64,000 nt of DNA from Lama glama. Taxonomy: Eukaryota. How positions within the stretch are numbered: position 1 is the stretch's first letter; each line of letters opens with the position of its first letter. Shown in pieces: positions 51,258-63,228 of the stretch. The notes under the pieces are model-generated. The model was given only the letters and a program-made list of their open reading frames with translations. It did not search any database and was not told the DNA's origin. The position numbers were made by a program, and so were the translations under genes. The DNA lies in assembly GCA_028534125.1 (NCBI GenBank), contig CM052816.1:94428001-94492000 (forward strand), given 5' to 3'.

Positions 51258-51500
51258 TTAGTACAGCATGTTGATCAAGAATGTGGGCTTTGGACCTGGA
51301 GAGCCAAGGATCCCACTTCACGTTGTGTCACACATTGTGTGACGATGGGTGGGTTCCTTAAGCCCTCCCAGTTTCACTGCCTCAACATTTACTTTCAGAT
51401 TCTAATACTACTACTTTAGTGTTACGAAGATCAAGCTAAGTGATGCTTGTAAAATGCTTAGCTCTTAAACTAACGTAGAAAAAGTGCTCAATGACTATTT
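51258..51500 (+). mobile_element. MIR SINE
   Basis: gtacagcatgttgatcaagaatgtgggctttgga..tgtgtgacgatggg..tgtaaaatgcttagc..aagtgctcaat. Confidence 0.75.
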
Positions 51501-51569
51501 CCCACTAATTTGTAGTATTCTATGCATGTTATGATATTAAGCTTCAGTATCTTGATCCTGGACCATAAA

Positions 51570-52190
51570 ATATTTTACCCTGAAATTAGGACTTTTTCAT
51601 TTATCCTGATTAAATTTCATCTTTTAGAATTTAATTGCTATCCTGAGCCAAGTCACAAGTTAATAAGAAAGTCAGTTGGATGCTGTAAGGTAACTCCCTG
51701 TCATTTGAAATAGTAGATATCATTTCCATGTTGGTGTTAAGTATCAGCCTATATCTACTGTGACCATAGTAAACTAAAAAAAAATGTTGTATAGAGAATT
51801 CAGCTACAGCTGTCTACAAATATCTTTTGATACCTTAATGTGGGCCAAACCTTCTATTATGGATCACGTTCTAGTAGAGGAGGCTGGTGTTAAAACAAAT
51901 TATGAAAAGCACTCAGGCCCACACCTGATAAGACGACACGATGGAGAACACCTGTTCTCAGGAACGACTGAACCGCTGCGGGGGACTCTACCTAGATTAG
52001 CGAGGGTCTGCTTTGCAGAGTTGGCGGCGTCTGGACAGGTCTTGAAGAATGATCAGAAATGATGAGAGTGAGATGGGCACTCCAGGAAACAATGAACAGA
52101 CTTCTCAGCTGCCTAAGTCCAGAAGCACCGTCTTCCCAGAATTCCCTAGTTCTTCCAATGCTAATACATCCATCAAAAAGACAAAAGAGC
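51570..52190. mobile_element. Possible CR1/L3 LINE remnants
   Basis: aggactttttcattttatcctgattaaatttcatctttt (~51588-51625) resembles reversed CR1. The 51840-52190 part is a weaker resemblance. Confidence 0.35.
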
Positions 52191-52207
52191 TGCATTATGG
52201 GACTTGC

Positions 52208-52307
52208 NNNNNNNNNNNNNNNNNNNNNNNNNNNNNNNNNNNNNNNNNNNNNNNNNNNNNNNNNNNNNNNNNNNNNNNNNNNNNNNNNNNNNNNNNNNNN
52301 NNNNNNN
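52208..52307. other. Assembly gap (100 N)
   Basis: Run of exactly 100 N. Confidence 1.
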
Positions 52308-53644
52308 CTTAATGCATAGTCCAGAGCAAATATTTCATTTTATAAACAGCACAAGCCAGTGTATTTTTGTGGGTGACATGCAATGTCAGTACTTCCTGTA
52401 TCTGAGGTCGTGCTCATCTGGCTGCCTTGCTACCCTAAAGAGACAACGGTAACTCTAAAGTGGCAGCGCCACCAGAGACAAAGTCAGAGTGTCTAGCAAA
52501 ACCGCAACCATGTTCCAAGACCCAACCACATAACAACATGTTAAGTGTCTTAAATACCCTGACTCTTCAATTTCTGGTGGTTGATGGAATGTCATTTTGT
52601 AATTAGCAATGTGTACATTCCTAATATGATAGTGTTTTATGTAATCTCAATGAATTATGTAAATGGCTTACCTGTAAGCTGATATTTTAGTTTTTACCTA
52701 ATTACTAAATATCACACATGCTATAGTGTTCACTTTTAAAGACAATGCAATTAAAACCTTTAGATGCGATAATCAGGAGGCTGCAACAAGCAGTCAGCCT
52801 GAAATATGCAATCATGCGGAATAAGAGATAAACAGCACTGAATGTTTGGGGGAAGGCAGGCAAGTTGGTATCAACACGTAACAAAAGACTTGGGTGGAAG
52901 AAAAGTGTCCTTTTGCTGCATTGGCAGTAGAACAGCCCCATAACCAATGTGTTTTAGATTGTAGTTGGGTTTCATTTGCATTATGGTGTCAAGGTTTATT
53001 TCATGTTAGGTTTCTGATATCATTTTGTATTCAGTCTTTTAAAGAGGCTGATAATACCATTCTATATTGGTCAGTAGAATATTAAAGTTAAAAAAATATA
53101 TATATATATATGGTATTTGTCTGCATGTTATTTGCCTTCACCTTGTTCTGTGCTACTAGATTTTGGCTTTACACTCGTATTTGTTCTCACTTCTTGATAT
53201 GTGCCAATGACCATAAGCCCCTGGTTGTTTGTAGCACGGGTCTGAGGTGTAGGTGGTGGGAGGGGGTGTGTCATGACTGGTCTAAGGTCTACTTATGATT
53301 CATGATTAGACACTTGTGAGATCCTTTTTGAATGCTCAGTACTTTTGTACCATATCTAGGATTTTGAATCTGATTCCAATAACGTTTGCAGCACAGTGGG
53401 CTGGTCGCAAACATCCTCAGATAGAATCAGTTTATCTTATTTCACAAGTTTCTTGGGCTGATTGGTTGCTTGCTGCAGTGGAAGCTTCCTCAAGTGAAGA
53501 GAGTTGGAGACAGACAGACTAAACCTCCCCGGCAAAGATGAAGACAGTTCTTCCTTCATGATGTCGTGGGCAAGACCTTGAACTCTAACGGTAGAAAACT
53601 GGAGATGCCAAGTCTTTGAGCAGACCAGCCAAGAGATGGACACC

Positions 53645-54414
53645 TAAACGCTGAGAGGGTGTGGAGAAAAGGAACCCTCCTACACAGTTGATGGGAATGT
53701 TGTTTGGTGCAGCCATTGTGGAAAACAGTATGGAAAAAACTAAAAATAGACTTACCATATGATCCAGCAATCCCACTCCTGGGCATACACCTGGAGGGAT
53801 CTCTAATTCAAAAAGACACGTGCACCCCAATGTTCATAGCAGCACTATTTCCAATAGCCAAGACATAGAAATAACCCAAATGTCCATTGACAGATGATTG
53901 GATAAAGAAGTTGTGGTATATTTATACAATGGAACCCTAGTCAGCCATGAAAAAGAATAAAATAATGCCATTTGCAGCAATATGGATGGATCTGGAGATC
54001 ATCATCCTAAGTGAAGTAAGTCAGGAAGAGAAAGAAAAATACCATATAATATCTCATCAATCTAAAAAAAGAAAAAAGAAGACAGCGATGAACTTATCTA
54101 CAAAACAGAAACAGACTCACAGTTGTAGGAAACAAACTTATGGTTATCAGTGGGAGAGGAGGTGGGAGGGATAAGTTAGGAGCTCAAGATTGCAGATACC
54201 AACTACTATATATAAAATAGATAAACACAAGTTTATACTGTATAGCACAGGCAACTATGTTCAATATCTTGTAGTAACCTGTAGTGAAAAGGAATATGAA
54301 AATGAATATATGTATTCAAGTATATGTGTGACTGAAACATTATGTTGTACACCAGAAATTGACACAGCATTGTAAACTGACTATACTTCAATTTTAAAAA
54401 AATTGGAAAAATTA
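53645..54414 (+). mobile_element. 5'-truncated L1 (ORF2 end plus 3' UTR) with TSD
   Basis: ORF2-end peptide KKNKIMPFAAIWMDLEIIILSEVSQ, 3' UTR and A-rich tail. TSD core gatggacacc at 53635-44 and 54421-30. Confidence 0.95.
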
Positions 54415-55079
54415 AAGAGGGATGGACACCAATGCAATTAGTTGATATTAACTGAAGAGACTAGTAAGTTCTTGTTGTAGTTTTTTTTTAGAGCTCATCC
54501 CTGAGGTTATCTCATCAGTCTTTGCAACATCCTCATTGTTGGTCCTCCTCATCCCACATCATCACAGAAACCACCTTTCATGCCCTGGCCTGGGACCTTG
54601 CTGCTGACCTTCACCCTGCATTGGGGTGAGTCTAACTGATTTTCAGGTGGTCAGTGTACTCATACCCATCTCTCCTGTGCTACTGCTGGACCATAAATCT
54701 GAGCCTCATTACTTTAAGGAACCTGATTCCTCATCTTCCTAATATTTTTCCCCTTGTATTTTATATTGCTGAAAGAAGCTGCATTAACTTCCACGTTGCC
54801 TTCCTTTCTTTGGCAGTAGCTGACTGGCTAGAGGATGGTCACAAGGGAAACATGCATTCTGGGAGAGGATAGGTGATCATGCTTATGTTCACTCAAATGA
54901 TAGCATTTTACTTAGAATTGTATTCAGCTGCATTCCTCTGGAATATATATTTGGGGTAAAAATAATATTCTTGTAATTTTAAGGTGGAAAAAATTAATTC
55001 TGTGTCCAAATTAGTATCCAAAAAATTAAACCTATATCTAGACTCTAAACTCGGTTGCAAACATCTATGCTGTTAAATG

Positions 55080-56395
55080 TTTTGTTGCATTTATTGAAGT
55101 ATAATTAACAAATCATAAAAGCGAACTATCTTAAGGATCTAATTTGAGGAGCTTTGGCAGCTGTATTCAGTCATGTAACCACCACCACAGTCATGACAGG
55201 AAACCTTCTCATCACCCTGAAAAGTTCCCTGTGCCCCTTCCCACCACCCCCTTACCCCTGGCACCCTTTGATCTGTCTTCTGTCACTGTAGTTGTGTCTT
55301 TTCATGAAAATAGACCCAGAGTATTTAGTCTTCCGTGTATGATTTCTTTTAGTTAGCATGATACTTTTGAGATTCATCCATACAATTGAGTGTATCAATG
55401 ACATGTTCCCTTTTTTCCCACCAGTTTTCCTTTTGTATTTGTTTATCCAATCACCAGTTATTTCCATTTTTTTGTGATTGTGAATAAAGCTGTATGAACA
55501 TCCAAGAACAGGTCTTAGTGTGGACATGTTTCCGCTGTCTTGGGCAGATACGTAGAGGTTGAACTGCTGAGTCATACGTTAAGTATGTTTGTTTGTTTGT
55601 TTGTTGTTTGTTTTAGGGAACCACCAAACTGTTTCCAAGTGGCTGTCCACTTTTGCTCTCCCCCTGGTAGCTTGGGAGCATCCACTGCTCTCCTTCTACA
55701 CTTAATATATCAGTCTTTTACAGTTTAGCAAATCTAGAGGATTGTTTTAGTATCTCATTGTGATTTTAATTTGCATTTCTCCAAAGATTAAATATTTTTT
55801 AATCTTTTCGTAAATACATTTATCATCCATATATCTTATTTTTTTTGAAATGCTCAGCCAAATCACTTGCTCATCTTATAAACTGAGTTGTTTGTGTTAT
55901 TATGATTGTCATAAGAGTTCTTCATATATTCTAGAGACAAGTCCTGTATTAGATCCGTGTCTTGCAAATACGTTTTTTCATTCTGTGATTCCCCTTTTCA
56001 TTTTTTAACAAAGTCTTTTGAAGAGCAAAAGCTTGTACTTTTGATGAATTCCAATATATGCATATTTTATTGTGTAGTTCATTTGTATATGTCATTGTAA
56101 AGAAATCTTTGTCTAACCCTTGGTCACAAAATTTTTCTCATATTTTTCTGTACAAGTTTTATAGTTTTAGGTTTCATATATAACTCTATGGTTCATTTAA
56201 TTAATTTTTAATGGTGTGATACAATGGTAGGATTGAGATTCATTATTTTTCCTTTTTTATTTTTGCATGTTGTCTCCCAGTTGTTCCAGCACCATTTGTT
56301 GAAAACATTATCTTTTCCCCATTGAATTGAAGTGACCCTCTGTTGAAAATCAATTGACCATTTACAAATATGTGGCCTTCTATTATAAGTTTTAG
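55080..56395 (-). mobile_element. Old L1 (L1MB/L1ME-type) 3' region
   Basis: tttattgaagtataattaaca..gtaaccaccaccaca..tcaccctgaaaagttccctgtgccc. ORF 56208-56417 gives IQWGKDNVFNKWCWNNW. Confidence 0.9.
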
Positions 56396-57003
56396 ACAAA
56401 TATTTTCCCCAAATCATCCTAACAAAAAAGTTGGTGGAATTTTTGAGGACAAAATCCCTTTCCTATGAATATTAGAAGTAAGAAACAAAGGACATACTGA
56501 TTCATAGCCATTTTGTAAGTGTCATTGATTACATATTTTTATCTCCTTTTATGTTGTAGTGATTTCAGCCATGTGCTCGTTTATCTGCATGCTATTTTCA
56601 ATGCATTTTGCTAAAGTTAATTGTAGTTTTGTTTTTTGTTGTTGCTGTTATTATGGCTGGATTTTTTGTTTGATTTTGCTTCTAAAAATAGAAAATTAGT
56701 AGAATACATGCACTTTTAAGTGCAGCACCTGGCATGAATATAGACTCTTAATAGATGTCTGTTGAATGAATATTCAATTGACAGTTACAGATTTAGCCAT
56801 GGTAATTAGATCTCTGAATTTTATTTTGGAATTTTTTTTTTTGTAAAAATTTGAAACACCTGCATTACTGGGGGACAGAAGTCAGCTATCATTGCAAATT
56901 TCCTCCTGTTAATTTTCCTTAACTGGAGAAGAATCATTTTGTTTTATTTTCCTTTTCTAATGTCTTCTAAACCCAAATCATGAAAACACTTTTAAAAATT
57001 ACT

Positions 57004-57230
57004 TTTTTTAACATTTTTTATTGATTTATAATCATTGTACAATGTTGTGTCAAATTCCAGTGTACAGCACAATTTTTCAGTTATACATGAACATATATAT
57101 ATTCATTGTCACATTTTTTTTCTCTGTGAGCTACCATAAGATTTTGTGTATATTTCCCTGTGCTATACAGTATAATCTTGTTTATCTATTCTACAATTTT
57201 GAAATCCCAGTCTATCCCTTCCCACCCCCC
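57004..57230 (-). mobile_element. Young, very short 5'-truncated L1 3' tail with TSD
   Basis: Same 3' UTR type as the 31.1 kb copy. TSD taaaaattact at 56993-57003 and 57231-57241. Confidence 0.92.
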
Positions 57231-57324
57231 TAAAAATTACTCTTAATAAATATAAATTTTTCTGAGCATTATTACTCCATTTCTTATGTCTCTTTTTAAT
57301 TTTATATTTGAAATTATATTCAAC

Positions 57325-57397
57325 AAAGTTGCATCTGAGATTAAACCTGTTTAGTAAACTTGCACCTGAAATTAAATCACCTTAATGAAATGCAACC
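57325..57397. repeat. Diverged ~31-bp tandem duplication (~2.3 units)
   Basis: aaagttgcatctgagattaaacc.. / aaacttgcacctgaaattaaatc.. / aaatgcaacc. Confidence 0.6.
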
Positions 57398-57720
57398 TAC
57401 ACAATATATTTTGTCAGTGAATAAAATGAAAGGATTGTCACTGTTACAAGGAATTCCATGTTGTCTTATGTAATGTCGTTCAGTATTTGTACCCATCTGT
57501 AGAGATAGATTTCATGTTTGTACCTCTTTCCTGCCAACAAGCCAATCCACGTGAGCTACTTCTTTAGAATTAAGGAGTTGGCCTGCGAGTTCTTGTTTTC
57601 TGAGTGTTCAGTCTTGGTCAAGGCATAATCTTTTTTCTTGTCCTAAGAATTGCTAATATAGTATGCTCCAACCATTCCTACTTAATTTTCATAAGATTTT
57701 ATTCCAAATATATGCACTTT

Positions 57721-58263
57721 AAAAAAAAATTGGAGTACAGTCAGTTACAGTGTATCAATTTCTGGTGTACAGTGCAATGTCCCAGTCATGCATATACATA
57801 CATGTATTCATCTTCATTAAAGGTTATTACAAGATATTGAATATAGTTCCCTGTACTATACAGAAGAAATTTGTCTTTTTTTAATATCTATTTTTATGTA
57901 TAGTAGCTAACATTGCAAATCTCAAACTCCCAAATTTATCCCTTCCCACCACCTTTCCTTGGTAACTGTAAGATTGTTTACTATGTCTGCAGATCTGTTT
58001 CTGTTTTGTAGATGAGTTCATAGTGTCCTTTTTTTCTCTTTTTTTAGATTCCACATGAGTGATATCATACGGTATTTTTCTTTCTCTTTCTGGCTTATTT
58101 CATTTAGAATGACAATCTCTAGGTCCATCCATGCTGCTGCAAATCGCATTATTTTATTCTTTTTTATGGCTGAGTAGTATTCCATTGTATAAATGTACCA
58201 CAACTTCTTTATCCAGTTATCTGTCGATGGACATTCAGATTGCTTCCACGTCTTGGCTATTGT
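57721..58263 (-). mobile_element. 5'-truncated L1 3' end with TSD
   Basis: ORF 58018-58203 (WYIYTMEYYSAIKKNKIMRFAAAWMDLE). TSD ccaaatatat(g/a)cacttt at 57704-57720 and 58267-58283. Confidence 0.95.
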
Positions 58264-58519
58264 ATACCAAATATATACACTTTTTATTACTGCTTATTAT
58301 ATTTTCTTTCACTCTCCTGACTGTCAAGGTTCTCTGTTATGTTTGTTTGAATTCATACCTGAACCCAATTCATTATTATATTCTCCTCTAGATTATCCTT
58401 GTACACACAGACACAGACACACAGACATACACATGCAAGAGTAAACACAATTCTGCACCATGAGAACTCATCCAGTTCTAGGCTAGTGGGAATGAACAAT
58501 CTATTTCCCCCTTTCCTTT

Positions 58520-58760
58520 TAAATCCAGGCTTAAATGCTAACTCTTTAAAAGATCCTTGTGACTTAATGAATTCCTCCATGCAGTGACTCAAATGTGTAA
58601 TTCTAAATCTGTATTTAACTCTTATTCTCTGTCTCTTCCAATGAAAGGGAAGGCAGGGAGGGACCATTTCTGTCTTTCCTGATTTGTATCCTCACCACAG
58701 AGGTGTGCCAGATACCTTGTAGAGGTTTAGTAGATATTAATTAACGAATTAGAAATGAAG
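58520..58760 (+). mobile_element. L2 3' end
   Basis: aggcagggagggaccatttctgtct..tttgtatcctcaccacagaggtgtgcc..gtagatattaattaacgaat. Confidence 0.6.
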
Positions 58761-58769
58761 ACATGTACA

Positions 58770-58890
58770 GTTGCTGAACTGCACCATCTTTGTCTGTAAA
58801 AAGAAGAACTGTAGACCTTCTCTGAGGCTCCATGAGATCTTACCTTAAAGCCTCTGGCTCTGAATCTAACACACAGTAAACACTCAATGC
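58770..58890 (+). mobile_element. MIR fragment
   Basis: tttgtctgtaaaaagaag..tctaacacacagtaaacactcaat. Confidence 0.5.
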
Positions 58891-61439
58891 ACAAAGGGTT
58901 GGGTGCCCTTACTTTTCACTTCTTTACCAGCTTATCAAGAAGTAAAAATAATCCACTGCAAGTTCCTGATTGCATCCTTCTCCTGATTTGGCATTTTTTC
59001 CTATAAAAGAAAGAGCAGTCTGCCTGGAGGTTAAAAGTCCCACACACTGCCTGGAGGAAGGAATATTTACACTGGAAAATTTTCAGGGACCAACAGGGTA
59101 ATTTAAGTTTCTCATTCTCATTCAGTGGGAGCAGTTTGCCAGGAAATATTCTCCTTATGGTGCCAAAAATCAGCCTGTCATTTCGTTCATGTTACTTTGA
59201 AGGACATAGTCACAGTAGATGGAAAATATTAACAATGAGAAAACAGATTTTAAGAAGTGAAAATCTTACATGTTTTGTAGTAGAATGGCCATTTCAATCA
59301 TTCTGAAGTAAATGCGAAAAATACAAATGTTATTTGCTAGTTTGTTCTTTTTTTTTTTTTTTTTTTTGCCCTAGATCTTTTTCTCCATGATCTCAACTCC
59401 TTGATAACTGTCTCAATCCCTTTTTGGAGTAGACGGGATATAAAGAAATGCTTAAGAAGATACTGTTGTCTGAGTGTGGGAAAGCTTCCAGGGCTCTGCT
59501 TTTGTGGTGATAGTACTGCCACTGTCAAGAAAGCACTGGACAGAACCGCAGTCAGTGTTACCATCTTAGCCATTTTAACTGCATGATCAATCCAATCAAT
59601 TGTACCATTTAGGATGGTTGGACTAAGACAAAATCGACTAAAACTGTTCATTTCAGGAGCCGATAAGAATATAACTGAGATCTCTGTTTATTGACAAGGT
59701 CTCTTTTCAAGAAAATAGTTGGAATCATCTTATATTATTATTGTTGTGTTTACTGCAAAATTCTTTAGATGTATTTGCTTTCTATTGGTGTTTGATATTA
59801 AGCTGGCTAGTCTTTTATCCCCAGTGCATAGTATATTCATTGTGTTTTAATGTTGGTAAGAAAGTAAGTTCATCTAATTTTTGGTCATTTGATGTAAATC
59901 TTCACTTGGAAAGTAGAATGTATTCAGTATAAATTTCTATATGAAATCATCATTTTAAAGTATATTGAGAGTTAGAGGGGCAAGTTCATGATCCGTTAAC
60001 CAAAGTTTTATGGTAGATAATTATCAGTAAATCTGCAAGAAGGCACAAGGATTTTATTTTTTTCTCTAAGTGAGTGTTATAATTTAAACCCAGTATGCGG
60101 GGCCCAGTTACTCATATTTAGAGGCTATTGGATTTTAAAGGATCCATTTGAGGACTTCGAATTTAATTTTATTTTGAAATAATGATGACTATTTCACTTT
60201 TAAAATAGTGTATTTTTGTCTGTAGATTACATATACAAGGCACAGAGGCTTTGGGATAAGAGAAGGAAAGGTGATTAAAGGCAGCTTACGGAACAAGCCA
60301 ACTACAGCAGGCAAACTTTCATATATTTAATGAAGCAGTCTTTAATATAGGGAATAGCCTGGGTCCCTGGGGGATGGGAAACAGCACAGAGCAATTTTAG
60401 TAGAGTCTTTCCCCAACATTAATGCTAAAGCTGCTTCCTGTTCTGAGTCGGACTTTTTACCATGTTCTCCCTACACATCTGAATAAAATAAGCTATACCA
60501 CATTGTGTTTGAAAGATATGTGTCATGCTTGTACATTATGTAAGCATGTTCATGTAAACTATACATGGATGCTGTTTGCACAGATTTTTTTTTTCTCAAA
60601 AAAAAGTAACATAAATTCTTGGTTCCAGAAAATCTGCTATTATCTAGTGATAATCTCTAAAAATATAAATGAAAATCTGGAACAAGCGCCACATTAATTC
60701 TCAGTTGTGAAATCTGCAAGCAGGCTATTGGAAAATAAAATATTTACATTTGAATTATAATTCAAACCTTATAGTACAAACAAAACAATGATTAATATAA
60801 TCAATGGGAAATTTATTTTTTACAGGTTATTTCCATTGCCAAAATATAATTATCAGTAACTACCTGCCAATGCGTGTCTATACATATACATACACACATA
60901 GTACGTTATTTTCTAAGAAATGCAAATGTGGTACTCCAAAATCTGATACTTACTTTACGTAGTTTCCTTACCATTAATTTTTCATTGTTTATATACAGTA
61001 GAATTATTTTAGAAAGATACATTCAAGTCGACACAGGTGTACGTGATCGTGTGCACATCTACCCGCAGGCAGGCACTCATCCCAGAGCTCCTGGGGTGGC
61101 TGGATGAATAGCGCTGAACCACGACTTAGAGCTGGCCTTCATCTCCGGCACGAGACGGTGTCAAGCAGACCGAACGCTGGCTAATAGGTTTTGTTTTCTG
61201 TAGCCATAAGCAGCTCATCCGGGCCATCCTGGGCTTGCTGTGCCCTGAGCACCGGATGGACCGTGCAGGCATTTGGCATTAGGAGGTGCTGGAGTGCACA
61301 TCAGAGCCACTGGGCTGAGTGTCATCTGGAACCTGGCAGAATTCCAGGCTCCAGATATAGAGGGGCGGGGATTCACAGGTGACAGAGACACAGAGAGTAA
61401 GACCTGGGCCCGGTGATGTATCGTTTTAAAATGGAAGTT

Positions 61440-61936
61440 TTCTAATTATTCAGGTAACCAGCAGATTAGGAGATGGCTGTCATTGAAAAGTCACAGTTCC
61501 AGAGCGGCAGGGATGTGTCACACGGTGAGGGGCCTTCCGGGGAGTGGCTAGGGTCTCTGAGGAGGCAGAGGGAGGACGGAGGTAAATGTGGGCAAGGGCC
61601 TCACCAGGTGGGGCAGGGCCAGCGGGCGGAGGAGTGACTGGCTTCTACAGTAATATCAGGGGTTCTGGGTGATGGGGCTGCCCCTGTTGTCTGGTTCCCG
61701 GCCCTGGGGTGACTGAGGCAAGGGAACTCTGGCTCTGAGGGCAAGAGCCTGAGGGAGGAGGTGGTGAGGGGCTGGGCTCTGCATTGGTCTGTTTGCTTGT
61801 GAAAGGCATGGTCCTGGACGGTCATTTTCTGTCTCTGGGACTGGCTATCCCTGGGAGGGCAGTCTCTCCAGGGTCAGCAAGTCCCGGGGTGTCAAAGCAC
61901 CAGAATTACAGAAGATAAAACATACCCCTATGATAC
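61440..61936 (-). mobile_element. MER74-like ERVL solo LTR
   Basis: The - strand begins ttttatcttctgtaattctggtgctttgacaccccgggacttgctgaccctggagagactgccctcccagggatagcca, matching the recalled MER74 5' end. Confidence 0.8.
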
Positions 61937-62346
61937 CTACCACTCTTGGGAAGAATCACAACAGTTATGATAGAAGCTACTATTTTCAAAATTTTAATTT
62001 AAGATGTAGGAAATTTTTTAAATCTAGAAATGCAAAAAACCTTGATTAACATTTTCTTTTTGCTGATATTACAATGCATCTAATTCATTTTCTTTAATAT
62101 TTTTGAAAGCATATTTGAAGCATAGTGTTTGGCCTCAAATTCTTCGTGTAAACTAGAAATGAGCTGTCTCACCAAATAGAGGCACTAACAGGAAATGAGT
62201 CGTGCCTTGTAAGACAGTATAGAAATGTGAAAAACGGAGACACAAAGTACGATGATAGCTTCAGAATTCAAATAATAAGACAACTTGTGGATTTTCTTTG
62301 GGGAAATATCCAGATACCTTCCAACTGGATGCCCGTTCCTTGAGTA

Positions 62347-62362
62347 CCAACAGATGGCACCA
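62347..62362 (+). promoter_or_regulatory. CTCF-like motif
   Basis: CCAACAGATGGCACCA against consensus CCASYAGRKGGCRS, one mismatch. Motif only, no functional evidence. Confidence 0.3.
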
Positions 62363-62795
62363 GTAGTTAATGGTGAGGGGTTAAGACTCTGAGATAAGTA
62401 AGTGAATCAGAGATTCTCAATTCCTTATGTAACAGTAAGAAACTGGGATATTTTAATATATCATGTTTATATATTCATCTAAACCCAAATGCTTACACCT
62501 TCTGTTTGAAATGTTTATCTTAACTCTATTGTCATGGAAACAAGTTCAGAAATTTAAAATAAATCATGACCTCCGTTGAAAGTGCATACAGGTTCTGATC
62601 AGCAGAGACTCTTGGACATAGGATTGAAAGAATATTTTATTATTTATAAATAATAAATAACCCACCAGGACCACAAATTGGCTTACTTTCAGACCACTCA
62701 CAGGCAAGGGAAAGGAAGGGAAAAATATGGAGAATATATTTTGAATTGTTTCCATTTTGAAGTTTAAGTGTATGGTGCATGTAAGTAAAAGTCAT

Positions 62796-63228
62796 GACAT
62801 AACCCTAGCAATGTTCTCCTAGGTCAGTCTCCCAAGGCAATACAAATAAAAGCAAGAATAAACAAGTGGGACCTAATGAAACTTACAAGCTTCTGCACAG
62901 CAAAGGGAACCATAAGCAAAACAATACAACAACCTATGGAATGGGAGAAAATTTTTGCAAAAGATGAAACCGACAAAGGCTTGATCTCCAGAATATATAA
63001 GCAGCTCATACGACTTAATAAGAAAAAAACAAACAACCCAATCCAAAAATGGGCAGAAGACCTAAACAAGCAATTCTCCAAGGAAGAAATACAAATGATC
63101 AATAGGCACATGAAAAAATGCTCAATATCACTAATTACCAGAGAAATGCAAATCAAAACTACAATGAGGTATCACCTCACACCAGCCAGAAAGGCCATCA
63201 TTCAAAAGTCCACAAATGACAAATGCTG
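62796..63228 (+). mobile_element. Young L1 internal ORF2 fragment, truncated at both ends
   Basis: Uninterrupted ORF2 frame from ~62807 ([92 protein letters not shown]). No 3' UTR, poly(A) or TSD visible. Confidence 0.93.

Noticed and set aside
51327..51343. Short perfect palindromes gtcacaca-t-tgtgtgac (and tctgttcc-a-ggaacaga at 1142-1158)
   Set aside because: 8-bp arms inside old repeats, which is not unexpected in 64 kb.
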